From Alphaproteobacteria bacterium (lineage in GTDB: Bacteria; Pseudomonadota; Alphaproteobacteria; UBA828), in assembly GCA_965214705.1 (NCBI GenBank), contig CBDCCI010000002.1, forward strand, positions 2,752,001 through 2,816,000: a stretch of 64,000 bases of DNA. Direction: 5' to 3'. Under the pieces are notes generated by a model, which did no database searches, was not told where the DNA came from, and was given only the letters and a program-made list of their open reading frames with translations. This document shows positions 56,101 to 63,994 of this stretch, piece by piece (position 1 is the first letter of the stretch; each line of letters starts with the position of its first letter). Position numbers and translations under genes: made by a program.

Positions 56101-56793
56101 TATCTGGTGCAAGAACTGATCGTCGCCGACGATCTCGGTGTATTCGGCCGCGCCGAGATCGGGAAAGACGCGGTGCTCGCCGAGCACAAGGAGCAAGGGC
56201 TCATAGGGGCGCGCGCGGTTGGCGCCGCCGGTGAGGCTGTAGACCGGCTCGGCGCGCGCGGCCTGCGCCTGGTCGGGCGTGGGCAGCGGCGCGAGGGCGT
56301 TGATGATGAGCCCGCCGACGATCGAGATGGCGGCGCCGATCGCAGCCTGGCCGAGCAGGCTTGAGGTAATCAGCGGCGGCACGAAGACGGAGGCGACGAT
56401 CACGGCGAGCTGGAGCAGGATGCGCAGCGGGTTCTTGTCGCCGCCGCCGTCGCCCGCTGTGGCGCGGAGTGTCACGATCTGCCCGTCGCCCAGCCGCGTG
56501 CTCGACCACGCCGCGCGCGGCACGGGCCGGCCGTCGATCGCGGTCTCTATAGAGGCGTCCGCGCTCAAGCAGCGAAGCGGTAGCGCGGACGCCCCAAGCG
56601 TGCACGCGCCGGGTAGCGCGTCCGCCACGAGATCGGCGAGGGTGGCGCCCGGCAGCACCACGGCCGGGTGCGTCTCGCGGCCTTCCGCCGTGAGCGGGTG
56701 CGGCCACATGTCGGTGGTTATCTTGGGCGCGCTCAAGCAGCGAAGCGGTAGCGCGCCAGAAGAGTCTGCGCCCGGCGACTGAGGGAACTTCAT
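53116..56793 (-). CDS. Host specificity / tail tip protein (lambda I+J-like)
   Basis: YSLTGGANRARPYEPLLLVLGEHRVFPDL, SSNPAYLF, GNIVAGSF, GDVVTITH; start may be 56709. Confidence 0.82.
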   Translation of the reverse strand: MKFPQSPGADSSGALPLRCLSAPKITTDMWPHPLTAEGRETHPAVVLPGATLADLVADALPGACTLGASALPLRCLSADASIETAIDGRPVPRAAWSSTRLGDGQIVTLRATAGDGGGDKNPLRILLQLAVIVASVFVPPLITSSLLGQAAIGAAISIVGGLIINALAPLPTPDQAQAARAEPVYSLTGGANRARPYEPLLLVLGEHRVFPDLGAAEYTEIVGDDQFLHQIFNFGLGALDVDALKIGDTTLDAFEEVQTEFGDAQGRIALVAGNVDTEAGAALDDTAFVERATAPGTHRIGIDLGGRLFRVNERDGAIQGHSVEIEIEWDAPGLAVERRTLTLTHDRQTLLRRTLAYDLGSARDWTVRVRRTNDPSTDERTFDDLAWTALRSYQPDEADYEGQTRLGVRIRASGQLTGRLDRLSAIVRQRVPTWDGMRWTAPLPSSNPAYLFRWYARGVRIAGRLAAGLGLAPGRIDDEALIEWGAWCQAQGLRCDFVLDRALSHAEVLTLIVRCGRAAVTWQTGRLGVIWDQAGRPATALVTPGNIVAGSFRVEYATGAAAEEVAVRYIEPGLDWQYNTLRRTVPNVGAHPASTATITLLGVTDRAQAAMACNLQAARQVYHRRRLTWEMAAEGLSLARGDVVTITHSLIDGGAAGRLAGGSADRVRLDRAVDLGTGAGATLLLRLLDGTLHHSAVSRPPGEAGDVAELVLATPLPAAPGADGANARDILWRLYDDTLLPARARIIAVRPSGDRHVRFVAIDEVAAYYDAATADLSAPFPGLTPRPPRVLDIALAETLVRVGAGFAVEIEAALTVAGDWRGGAVRASVNGEPPRVVARLVDGETAAYWLAPPTGSLTVTVTPGTEAAPSGAPFTASHEITGSLAPPGTPTNFLIDVLGDGTRRLRWTPPDDIDLAGVLIRFAPASAGAQVTSGGTPAVPTWQAMMPLHRGHLTASPLETVEPPPGEWIFSARAIDAGGRLSDEVRILAELGPQRLGDALLWRCPAATGWPGTIAGAGRSQDGADALEGIGDYTWADLTTWADWQSWGAGNGADAGTELIYTEDPIDLGGPFDVALRWSGETAGDRVFEVRAGATEAALRAAAWAAYPAGTTVAARWLQVRWRITGDGSIVLSLDHVCWSVHAPAAERKLLDRDTSAWQGTAADGRIVPHDLGLVTDLDITLQSVGAGWTWTLVSKNNPTRIRIYDGAGNPADAVVDVVVRGVEA

Positions 56794-56826
56794 GTCCGCC
56801 CTATCGCTTCGCTACTTGAGGGCGGA
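56554..56826. repeat. Three copies of a short hairpin motif (56554-56593, 56726-56757, inverted 56795-56826)
   Basis: Conserved 16-nt loop AYCGCTTCGCTRCTTG closed by different perfectly paired stems. Confidence 0.85.
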
Positions 56827-57251
56827 AGCCACCGATAAACCCCCTCAAGCTCAAGTGCGCGGAGCGCGAGGTCGCGGATGGGATGCAGGATCGAGCCGGC
56901 GCCGTCCTGGCAATGTAGGACGTGCGCCTCGCCGCCCACGTCGGCCTATAGCCCGAGGTGATAGCGGCGCAGCCGCCGCGCCCCGCGCGCGTACATGAGC
57001 ACGCCGTCGCCGTCCTGCGGCGCGTCCGTCGGCTCGGCATAGTCGGCGCGCAGGGCGGCGATCTGCCGGTCCCACGCGCGCACGCTTGTCGCGCGGGCAC
57101 GCGCGCCGTCGTCGGGTTCGTGCGCCGGGAGCGCGAGCTCGCGCCCGAACTGTTGGCGCAGCACCGCCACAACGAAGTCGGCGCAGTCGTGCTCGCCGGC
57201 AATCCAGGGCCGCCCGATGTAGGCCTCGGCCCAATGTTGAAGTCCCGTCAT
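56790..57251 (-). pseudogene. NlpC/P60-type tail tip protein (lambda K-like) with an in-frame TAG at 56946-56948
   Basis: YIGRPW...DCADFV, GDGVLM, YHLGL*ADVGGEAHVLHC...LEGFYRW; final TGA overlaps the J-like ATG. Confidence 0.75.
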
Positions 57252-57290
57252 GGCGCCAGTCCAGCGCCGGGCGCGCGGACTCTATTCATT

Positions 57291-57379
57291 TCCCTCAATC
57301 GCCGGGCGCTCGCTCCGCTCGCTTGGCTCCGCGCCTGCGGCGCGCGGCGCTGGCGCGCCGTCCGGGCCTGCGGCCCGGC
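57291..57379. repeat. ~87-bp REP/MITE-like repeat, copy C
   Basis: TCCCTCAATCGCCGGGCGCTC...CGCGCCGTCCGGGCCTGCGGCCCGG. Confidence 0.8.
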
Positions 57380-57411
57380 ATCGGTGATCCAAAGACGTGC
57401 GGCTGCCGCGC

Positions 57412-59082
57412 TCAAAACAACCCCGGCGAGGTTTGGGGATCGTGGCGCATGACCACGGCGGCGCGACCGAGCAGCGGGTCGAAGCCGAGCCGCGCGGTCA
57501 CGCGCTCGGCGTCCACTTGCACGCCGGCCACGTCCATCGTGAGCTCCCATTCGACCTCGGGGGCCGAGATGTCGAGCACCTGCATGACGCGCACCGTGGC
57601 GCCGGCGCCGCCGCCCGCCGCTTCCACCCATTGCGTGAGCGCGCGGCCCACGTTGTCGATCGCAAGCTCGGCCTGCGGCGCCTGTCCTTCCACGTCATCG
57701 GCGAGGCGCGCGTCGAAGCGGAGCGCGACGTAGCGGTTGCCTTCGATCGTGCGGTCCTCGGTATCGTTGACGACGCGCACCGGGTCCGGCACCGCCGGGT
57801 GGCGTATCTCAAGCGCGGTGAGCACGCGGCGCTCGGGCGCGCTTTCGCGGATCGTGCGGGCGAAGTGTTCGGAGGCCGGTGGCACGCGGTGGACACGGGC
57901 CGAGACCTGCGGCACGCCGCTTTCGGCAAGGCCACGCACGCGCAGGTGTGCGATGCGCCTGAGCCGGGCGAAGGCCAGCGGCCCGCCGGCGTCGGCCCGG
58001 CCGGCGATGGCATGGGCGTCGATGCGGCGCACGCGGGCGCTCGCCTCGGGCGGGCCTGCGGCGGCGACGCCGCCCGGCGTGTGGATCGTGGGCGTGACGC
58101 GCGCCACCGTGGCGGCGACCTCGGCTGCGCCGGCGGCAGCACTGCCCCGCACTGCGATCGCGGTGATAGCCGGGCGCGCGAACGCCAGGATGAAGCTCTG
58201 CCCATTGTCGATGTCGTTGACGATCGTCAGATCGTCGCCGCCGATCGGGCCGAACTGGACGAAGTGGCCGCCCGCATTCGAGAACGTCGAGGCGGGAAAG
58301 CTGCCGAGGCCGTCGACGGTCTGGACATAGACCGTGAGATCGGCGCCGGCGCCGGCGCTGCCGAAGTGGTCGGCGAGCACGAGCGGCGCGTTGTCGTTAA
58401 TCATGAGGAACGCGCCGTTGCGCCGCCTGATCCGGGTGATGGCGGCCTCGCTCGCGCCGATGCCGAGCTCGCCGTCGAGCAGCGCGCCCACGGTGCCGCG
58501 CGGCGGAACGGCGAAGATGGTGCCGCCCGAGCCGGAGCCGGCGCGGATCAGCGCGAGCAGGTCGAGCTCAAGCCCGGCCGCGTCGAAGTCCGCGAGCGTG
58601 AGCTGCGGCACCCGCGCCACCGTGGCGGCGGCCTCCGCCGCGCCGGCCTCGGCCACGCCCGTTATCGCGGTGGAGGGCTCCACGCCGTCGTCGATGGTGA
58701 AGGTGAAGTTGCCCGCCCGCTCGGCAAACCACGCGGTCATCGCGGTGTTGTTGTCCGGCGTCCAGAAGTAGGGCTCGCTCGGGTCCGCGAAGTCGTTGTC
58801 CGCGTGGCCGGGGCCTTTCAACGTGAAGGTGGCACCGTCGGTGCCGGCGAAGGTGAAGGCCTCGTCGGCGGTTTCGAGCGCGCCGGTGAACTCGGGCCGG
58901 GCGTCGAGCGGCTCGTCGGTCTCGGTCGCCGAAAGCCGAATGCGAACGCTGATGCCGACGCGCTGGATATGGCGCAAATAGGCGACGCCCCCGCCCACGA
59001 CGAAGGCAGGGTCGATCAGGACGGCGCCCTGCCATCCGGTTTCGACCTGAAGGCCGGCAAGTTGGAGGACCTGCCGCGTCAT
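57412..59082 (-). CDS. Tail hub protein: C-terminal DUF1833-like (lambda L position) domain with ~400-aa N-terminal extension
   Basis: LEIRHPAVPDPVRVVND...AELAIDNVGR...PQTSPGLF. Confidence 0.7.
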   Translation of the reverse strand: MTRQVLQLAGLQVETGWQGAVLIDPAFVVGGGVAYLRHIQRVGISVRIRLSATETDEPLDARPEFTGALETADEAFTFAGTDGATFTLKGPGHADNDFADPSEPYFWTPDNNTAMTAWFAERAGNFTFTIDDGVEPSTAITGVAEAGAAEAAATVARVPQLTLADFDAAGLELDLLALIRAGSGSGGTIFAVPPRGTVGALLDGELGIGASEAAITRIRRRNGAFLMINDNAPLVLADHFGSAGAGADLTVYVQTVDGLGSFPASTFSNAGGHFVQFGPIGGDDLTIVNDIDNGQSFILAFARPAITAIAVRGSAAAGAAEVAATVARVTPTIHTPGGVAAAGPPEASARVRRIDAHAIAGRADAGGPLAFARLRRIAHLRVRGLAESGVPQVSARVHRVPPASEHFARTIRESAPERRVLTALEIRHPAVPDPVRVVNDTEDRTIEGNRYVALRFDARLADDVEGQAPQAELAIDNVGRALTQWVEAAGGGAGATVRVMQVLDISAPEVEWELTMDVAGVQVDAERVTARLGFDPLLGRAAVVMRHDPQTSPGLF

Positions 59083-59107
59083 GCGCCGCCCCGCCGCCCT
59101 CGTTCGC

Positions 59108-59133
59108 GCCCTACCGCTGCGCTACTTGAGGGC
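59108..59133. repeat. Short hairpin motif, copy 4
   Basis: GCCCT-ACCGCTGCGCTACTTG-AGGGC. Confidence 0.8.
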
Positions 59134-59528
59134 TAGATCGTGCCGGCGGGAATGCGCACGACGACGGCGCCCGCCGCCACGCGCAGGATGTCGTCGGTGG
59201 TCTGTTGCGAGATCGTGGCCGGGTTGTTGGCCGCGTCGAGAAGCGGACCCCAGGCGCGCACGGTGCCGCCGGCGGCGGCCGACATGATGGCGAAGTGCGT
59301 GGCGTTCTGGACCAGGCCGGTCGGCGCGAAGTCCACCGCCGCGAGGTTCTTCACCTCGCCGGCCGGGTCGGCGTTCACGCGGCCGAGGTTGATGGCGACC
59401 CGGCCGGCGGCCGCGATCAGGTTGTTGCCCGCCGACGTGGGATCGGCCGTGGCGAGCGCGAGATAATCGTCGCCGGCATTCGCGATGGCGAGCGCCGCCC
59501 GGTTCTGTTCCGCCGCAGAGATAGGCAT
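59133..59528 (-). CDS. Small virion/tail-associated protein
   Basis: MPISAAEQ...YLALATADP...THFAIMSAAAGG; AAGGAG RBS upstream. Confidence 0.6.
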   Translation of the reverse strand: MPISAAEQNRAALAIANAGDDYLALATADPTSAGNNLIAAAGRVAINLGRVNADPAGEVKNLAAVDFAPTGLVQNATHFAIMSAAAGGTVRAWGPLLDAANNPATISQQTTDDILRVAAGAVVVRIPAGTI

Positions 59529-59564
59529 GGTATCTGGACTCCTTCCGTTGAACATGAGCGGGAT

Positions 59565-59635
59565 CGGGCCGCAGGCCCGGACGGCGCGACTGCGTCGCGC
59601 GGCCACGCGCGCAGGCGCGCGATGCGATTGAGGGA
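59565..59635. repeat. ~87-bp repeat family, diverged inverted copy D
   Basis: Reverse complement reads TCCCTCAATCGC...GCAGTCGCGCCGTCCGGGCCTGCGGCCCG. Confidence 0.7.
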
Positions 59636-59647
59636 GATGAAGAGTCT

Positions 59648-60022
59648 TCACAGTCTGACGCCCTCAAGGGTGAGCGTGGCGTCCCACGAGCGCCGGCCGT
59701 CGCCGCCGACGTGCGCGGTGTACTCGATCCCGCCGGCGCCGCCGCGCACGCGGGCTTGATGCAGGGCGCCGGTCTCGGGCGCGGTCCAGGCGAACCAGCC
59801 GTGCGCGCAGTCGCCGGCCCACGTGCGGAAGCGCTCATAGTCGTCGTCGTTCGCGATCAGCACGGTAAGGCGCAGCGCGGTGAGCGCGGATGCAAAGCGC
59901 CGCTCCTGGCGGACGAAGCCGTCGTCGAAGGGCGTGCGCGCGACGTTGGGATCGTCGGCGACGCCGTAGCCGTCCGCCTCGACTGCGACGTAATCGGGCC
60001 ACACCAGGCCGCCAGCACTCAT
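59648..60022 (-). CDS. Distal/minor tail protein (lambda M-like)
   Basis: VARTPFDDGFVRQERRF...GWFAW; directly after the tape measure gene. Confidence 0.65.
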   Translation of the reverse strand: MSAGGLVWPDYVAVEADGYGVADDPNVARTPFDDGFVRQERRFASALTALRLTVLIANDDDYERFRTWAGDCAHGWFAWTAPETGALHQARVRGGAGGIEYTAHVGGDGRRSWDATLTLEGVRL

Positions 60023-60828
60023 GCCACTGCGTCCCTCAGTCCGAAGCGGCGCGCGATCGCCTGCGACGCCGGCCCGCCGGCGTCGAGGTCTTGGGTAACG
60101 ATGGTGACGATCAGGCCGCGCGGATCGAGCCGCACCTCGCGGCCCACCTCGCGCTGCGGCGTGCCGCGATTCTCGAAATTGATCTCGATCGAGGGCGCCC
60201 CGCGCGGCACGGTCGCGCCGGAGGCGCGCGGCAAGATAACCTCGCCGCGCTCTGCGATGATCGGCACCTCGCCCGGCCTGAGCCCCGCAATCCCGCCGCC
60301 ATGAAAGCGGGGCGCGAGGGCGAAGACACCGGCCGGCACGGTGCGCGAGACGCCGCCCGAGGCGCCGACCAAGCCGCCCTGGTGGCCGACGCCGGCCTGC
60401 AAGCGGCCAAACAGGTCGGCATCGGGAGCGCTCCCCCCGCCGAAGGCGCCAAACAGGGAATTGGCGAGCGGCTGAACGATAAAGCGGCGCGTCGCGATTC
60501 GGGTGAGATCGGCGATCACGGAATCGACGAAGCCGGAAAACGAGAGCTTGCCCGTGGTGACGAAGCGCGTGAGCGCGGACTCCATTGCGCCGAAGGCGCT
60601 CTCGGCCGCGGTCCTGGCCTGTTCCAGGGTGCTCTCGCTCTCTCGACCCAGGCTGCCGAGCGCCACCGCAAACGTCTGTGTCGAGCCCGCGGCGCCTGAC
60701 AGCGCGGCACCGGCCTTGTCGCCCCGTTGCGCGGTATCCCCGAGGGACCGATTGAGCGCGCCGATCCCCTGCAGCGCCTCTTGCATGTCTGCGCGGACAC
60801 GGAGCGCGAGCTCGAGATCACCGGGCAT
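60019..60828 (-). CDS. Very short tail tape measure protein (269 aa)
   Basis: DLELALRVRAD N-terminus; AFGAMESALTRFVTTGKLSFSGFVDSVIADLTRI (lambda TMP C-terminal type); HQGG/RFHGGG...GEVPII..RGE. Confidence 0.75.
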   Translation of the reverse strand: MPGDLELALRVRADMQEALQGIGALNRSLGDTAQRGDKAGAALSGAAGSTQTFAVALGSLGRESESTLEQARTAAESAFGAMESALTRFVTTGKLSFSGFVDSVIADLTRIATRRFIVQPLANSLFGAFGGGSAPDADLFGRLQAGVGHQGGLVGASGGVSRTVPAGVFALAPRFHGGGIAGLRPGEVPIIAERGEVILPRASGATVPRGAPSIEINFENRGTPQREVGREVRLDPRGLIVTIVTQDLDAGGPASQAIARRFGLRDAVA

Positions 60829-60840
60829 TAATTGTATCCC

Positions 60841-61397
60841 TCAATCACCGGACAAAATTTCCGTCGCCGCGCGGAAGAAGAGGACGATCTGCCGCCACGT
60901 CAGACGCTCGCTGAGATCGAAGTGGCCGCGTCCGTGGCCGGCGCGGACGAGGGCGTCGAGCACGCGGTAGAGCGGCACGGGCTCTCCGCCCGTGCTTTCG
61001 CCCGTGCTGCTGACTGGGCCACCACGCGGCGCAAAAAAAATCCGCCGTTTGCCGCCCACATCGCGTCCGAGAGGGCGCGGCCGTCGGCATCGCTCAGGCG
61101 GGCAAGCCACGCCGCATCCCGGCTGCTGGCACGAGCGGCAAGCTCCAGCCAGAGAGCGGCGTGGGATGCAAGCGCACTCTCGATCGCCAGGGCGTCCGGT
61201 CCCTCGTCCTCGGCCGCGTCGGGCACCAGCCCCGCCAACGCCGCGATCAACGGCCGCGCAATAGCCGTCGCCTCCAGCCCTTCGCGGAAGCGGTACTCAC
61301 GCACGGTGAGCGAAACTTGCTCGCCCGTATCCGGGTCGTGCACCGTCACATCACGATCCGGGAACAGCACCGCGAGCTCGTCGCCCACTCCCGTCAT
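60841..61397 (-). CDS. Tail assembly chaperone pair G/GT (G 61397-60900; -1 frameshift product ends 60841)
   Basis: Between tube and tape measure; T8G slippery run at 61040-61032; -1 frame encodes LVRAGH...LTWRQIVLFF. Confidence 0.65.
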
Positions 61398-62284
61398 GTG
61401 GACTGCCCGTCGATGTAGAGCGCGGGCTGCCCGCCGCCTGACTCCAGCATCGAGACGGCGAGGCGGATCTGCTGCTCGGACGAGCGCCCGTCGAGCAGGG
61501 TCAGCCCGCCGGCGGGCTGGATCGAGCAGCGCGGCGCGTAGATGTTCCGCCCCCGGCCCTCGGCGGCATCCTCGATGTAGCGAAACGCGCCGATGACCTG
61601 GCCGAGCGCGCCCTGCACCTGGTCCCGCGCCGTATCGTCCGGCGTATAGTCGATCCCGACCCCGGTACCATCCGCGATGCCGGCCTTCGGCTCATGCAGC
61701 GCGTGGTCTGCCGGCAGCCAGAAGATGCGGGCGCGGGCGTAGTCCACGATGTACTGGCCGGTCTGCTCGGTCTCGCTGGCACCGTCGCCGAAGCGCTCGG
61801 CCGCGATCGCCTGCGCCGCCGTCACCGGTGTCTGTGCCGTCGATGCGACGGTCACGGCACTGATCGCCGCCGCCTTGTTAACTGGCGTATCCAGCCTGAG
61901 AATGCCGGCGGGCCGCGCGGCGCCGCCAAGCTGATACCAGCGGCCAGGCTGGAAGGTCGCAGGCTCGCCCGAGACCTGCGCGGCGGCTCCGAGCCGCCTC
62001 ACCGCGCCAACCGCGAAGAGAGCCAGGTTCTCCAGGCTGATGTCGTGGAGGGTGAGCGTTACCGTGCGGCTGACGCTGCGGGCGATGCGCGCGAGCTCCC
62101 GCGCGACCGGCCCCGAGCCGGAGAAGACCGTGGTCTCCTCGGTGGTGATCTCCAGCGCGGCCCCTACGGCGTCGCCGAGATAGCGCTCGCCCGTCGGTAC
62201 GCCGCCCTCGTGGAGGTCCAGATAGACCTCACCCGCCCCGATCACGATGTTGTCGGTGCGCTTGTCGATGTTTCGCGCGGTCAT
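61394..62284 (-). CDS. Major tail tube protein
   Basis: NIVIGAGEVY...ERYLGD...LTLHDISLENLAL; position in module. Confidence 0.7.
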   Translation of the reverse strand: MTARNIDKRTDNIVIGAGEVYLDLHEGGVPTGERYLGDAVGAALEITTEETTVFSGSGPVARELARIARSVSRTVTLTLHDISLENLALFAVGAVRRLGAAAQVSGEPATFQPGRWYQLGGAARPAGILRLDTPVNKAAAISAVTVASTAQTPVTAAQAIAAERFGDGASETEQTGQYIVDYARARIFWLPADHALHEPKAGIADGTGVGIDYTPDDTARDQVQGALGQVIGAFRYIEDAAEGRGRNIYAPRCSIQPAGGLTLLDGRSSEQQIRLAVSMLESGGGQPALYIDGQST

Positions 62285-62296
62285 TCGCGTATCCCC

Positions 62297-62773
62297 CTAT
62301 TCCGCTTCCACCACGCCGGCGCGGGCGATGCGGCGGATTTCGTATTCGTCGAGCCATTGCAGGCGCCCGTCCTCCAGCGAGACCAACCGCCCGCGGCGGA
62401 AGGACAGCACCTCCCGCTGGCCAGGCGGTGTCCAGCCGGCGAGCGCCTGCCTGGCCTGCGCAAGCAGGGCAGAGAGGCGCCCGCGCCCGCGCGCGCCGCT
62501 GCGGTCGTTGGGTGCCGCCACCATGATCGAGACGCCGATGCGGACGACGTGCTGCACCGGCGGGTTCTCGACCCGGCGCGTCGTGCTCTCCTCCGCTTCG
62601 TCGGAGATGGGCAGGACCAGCGCCGCCGGCGTCTTGGGCCAGGCGGTGAGCGCGGCCGTATCCAGGGCGCTGAGCACGGCGGCGAAGACGGGCGCACGGT
62701 CGTCGGCCACGAGCGCGGTGAGGCGTTCGGCCATGGCGTCGGCGAGGTGCATTTCCAGCGCGGCGAGGGTCAT
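62297..62773 (-). CDS. Tail terminator/completion protein
   Basis: RQALAGWTPPG...GRLVSLEDGRLQWLDEY; position upstream of tube. Confidence 0.6.
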   Translation of the reverse strand: MTLAALEMHLADAMAERLTALVADDRAPVFAAVLSALDTAALTAWPKTPAALVLPISDEAEESTTRRVENPPVQHVVRIGVSIMVAAPNDRSGARGRGRLSALLAQARQALAGWTPPGQREVLSFRRGRLVSLEDGRLQWLDEYEIRRIARAGVVEAE

Positions 62774-63222
62774 GTCCCCGCCCTCTCAAGCGCGCGCGAG
62801 ACGATGCCCAGGATGTTGGTCCGGTCGTGCTCGTCGATGCCGAGATAGGCGCGCGCCGGGAGCGTCACCCTGCGGCCCCTGCCCGCGCGCCCGCCGAACT
62901 GGTGGATGGCGGCGTAGACGACGTTCGAGCCGACTTCGACCGCGTGGCCGCCGTCGGTGACCGTGTGTGCGATGGAGCCTCGCAGCTGGCCAGTATCGGT
63001 GAGGGTGCGGCCGCCGTCCGCGATGGCGCGGGCGCTTTTCAGCCAGGGCTTGCCGTCGGGCCCGCGCTCACGCTCGAAGCGTCGCAGCGTTGAGGCGACG
63101 AGGTAGCGCCCGATCTGGTCCATGGCAGCGGAAGGGTTGGCAAGCGCCGCTGCCACACGCTCGAGCCCTGCGTCGAGCGCCGCGCCCTCGACTTCCACGC
63201 TGATCCGTTGGGCCACCATCAT
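62770..63222 (-). CDS. Phage virion morphogenesis protein (Mu gpG / P2 S family)
   Basis: RFERERGPDGKPW, LTDTGQLRGSI, VGSNVVYAAIHQFGG, LPARAYLG. Confidence 0.88.
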   Translation of the reverse strand: MMVAQRISVEVEGAALDAGLERVAAALANPSAAMDQIGRYLVASTLRRFERERGPDGKPWLKSARAIADGGRTLTDTGQLRGSIAHTVTDGGHAVEVGSNVVYAAIHQFGGRAGRGRRVTLPARAYLGIDEHDRTNILGIVSRALERAGT

Positions 63223-63225
63223 CGA

Positions 63226-63251
63226 GCCCTCATGCAGCGAAGCGGTAGGGC
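63226..63251. repeat. Short hairpin motif, copy 5
   Basis: GCCCT-CATGCAGCGAAGCGGT-AGGGC. Confidence 0.8.
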
Positions 63252-63257
63252 CATCAT

Positions 63258-63659
63258 TCAAAGCCCCGCCAGGGTGTCGGGTGTCAGGGACGGCGTGGGG
63301 CCGCCGCGCGCCGCCCTGTCGTGCCGGGGCACCGGGTCGCCGGCGGCGTCGAGAAGTGCCTCCTCACCGGACGCGAGGCGGACAAGGGCCGCCTGCGCCC
63401 GCTCGGCTCTCGCGGTCACCTCCCCCGGCGAGACGTCGTCGTAGAGTGCGCGCCGGGCGAGATCGCAGGCGATTGCCGCGAGCCGCGGCCAGGAGCCCCC
63501 GCCTAGGGGCAGGCGATAGGCGGAGGCGAGCGCGCCGTCGATCTCGGCCGCCGCATCCGCGAGCGCGGCCTCGATCCGCCCGGTCTGCATCCCGGCAAGA
63601 TCCAGCGCCTCCTCCGCTCCGAAGCGCGCCTCCATGTCCGCGCGGGTGGCGTAGGTCAT
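63258..63659 (-). CDS. Mu gp36-like (DUF1320) head-tail protein
   Basis: MTYATRADMEARFG...ALADAAAEIDGAL..YRLPL...ACDLARRALY. Confidence 0.85.
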   Translation of the reverse strand: MTYATRADMEARFGAEEALDLAGMQTGRIEAALADAAAEIDGALASAYRLPLGGGSWPRLAAIACDLARRALYDDVSPGEVTARAERAQAALVRLASGEEALLDAAGDPVPRHDRAARGGPTPSLTPDTLAGL

Positions 63660-63994
63660 GTTTCCGCGCGCCTCCCGGCGCGACCCCGCATCTCCCGCAC
63701 TTGGGTGGGAGTGAGAGAGACCTCGAAACGATCTCGGCGGCGATGAACCAAGCGGACGGAGACGCCGTTGATGGTCTCGCGCCGGCCGTCCAGCGCGGGC
63801 TCGCCGAACGCGCGCAGCGTGCCACCACGCCTGCCGCAATCCACGAGGACGAGCCGGCGGACGAACGCCGGTGCGGTCTCGGGCGTCGGCTCCAGGAATG
63901 TCTTTCCAAAGCGGCGCCGCATTTCCCGCCAGGCGACGGTCAGGCCCGCCTCGGGTACCGGCCGAGCCGTCGCTTCGTCCCCCTCTTCCTCCAC
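63656..63994 (-). CDS. Hypothetical phage protein (start may lie beyond window)
   Basis: ATGA coupling to gp36-like gene. Confidence 0.5.
   Translation of the reverse strand: MEEEGDEATARPVPEAGLTVAWREMRRRFGKTFLEPTPETAPAFVRRLVLVDCGRRGGTLRAFGEPALDGRRETINGVSVRLVHRRRDRFEVSLTPTQVREMRGRAGRRAET

Noticed and set aside
52346-56793. Diversity-generating retroelement or invertible fibre cassette
   Set aside because: No reverse transcriptase, TR/VR pair, invertase or alternative fibre ends in the window
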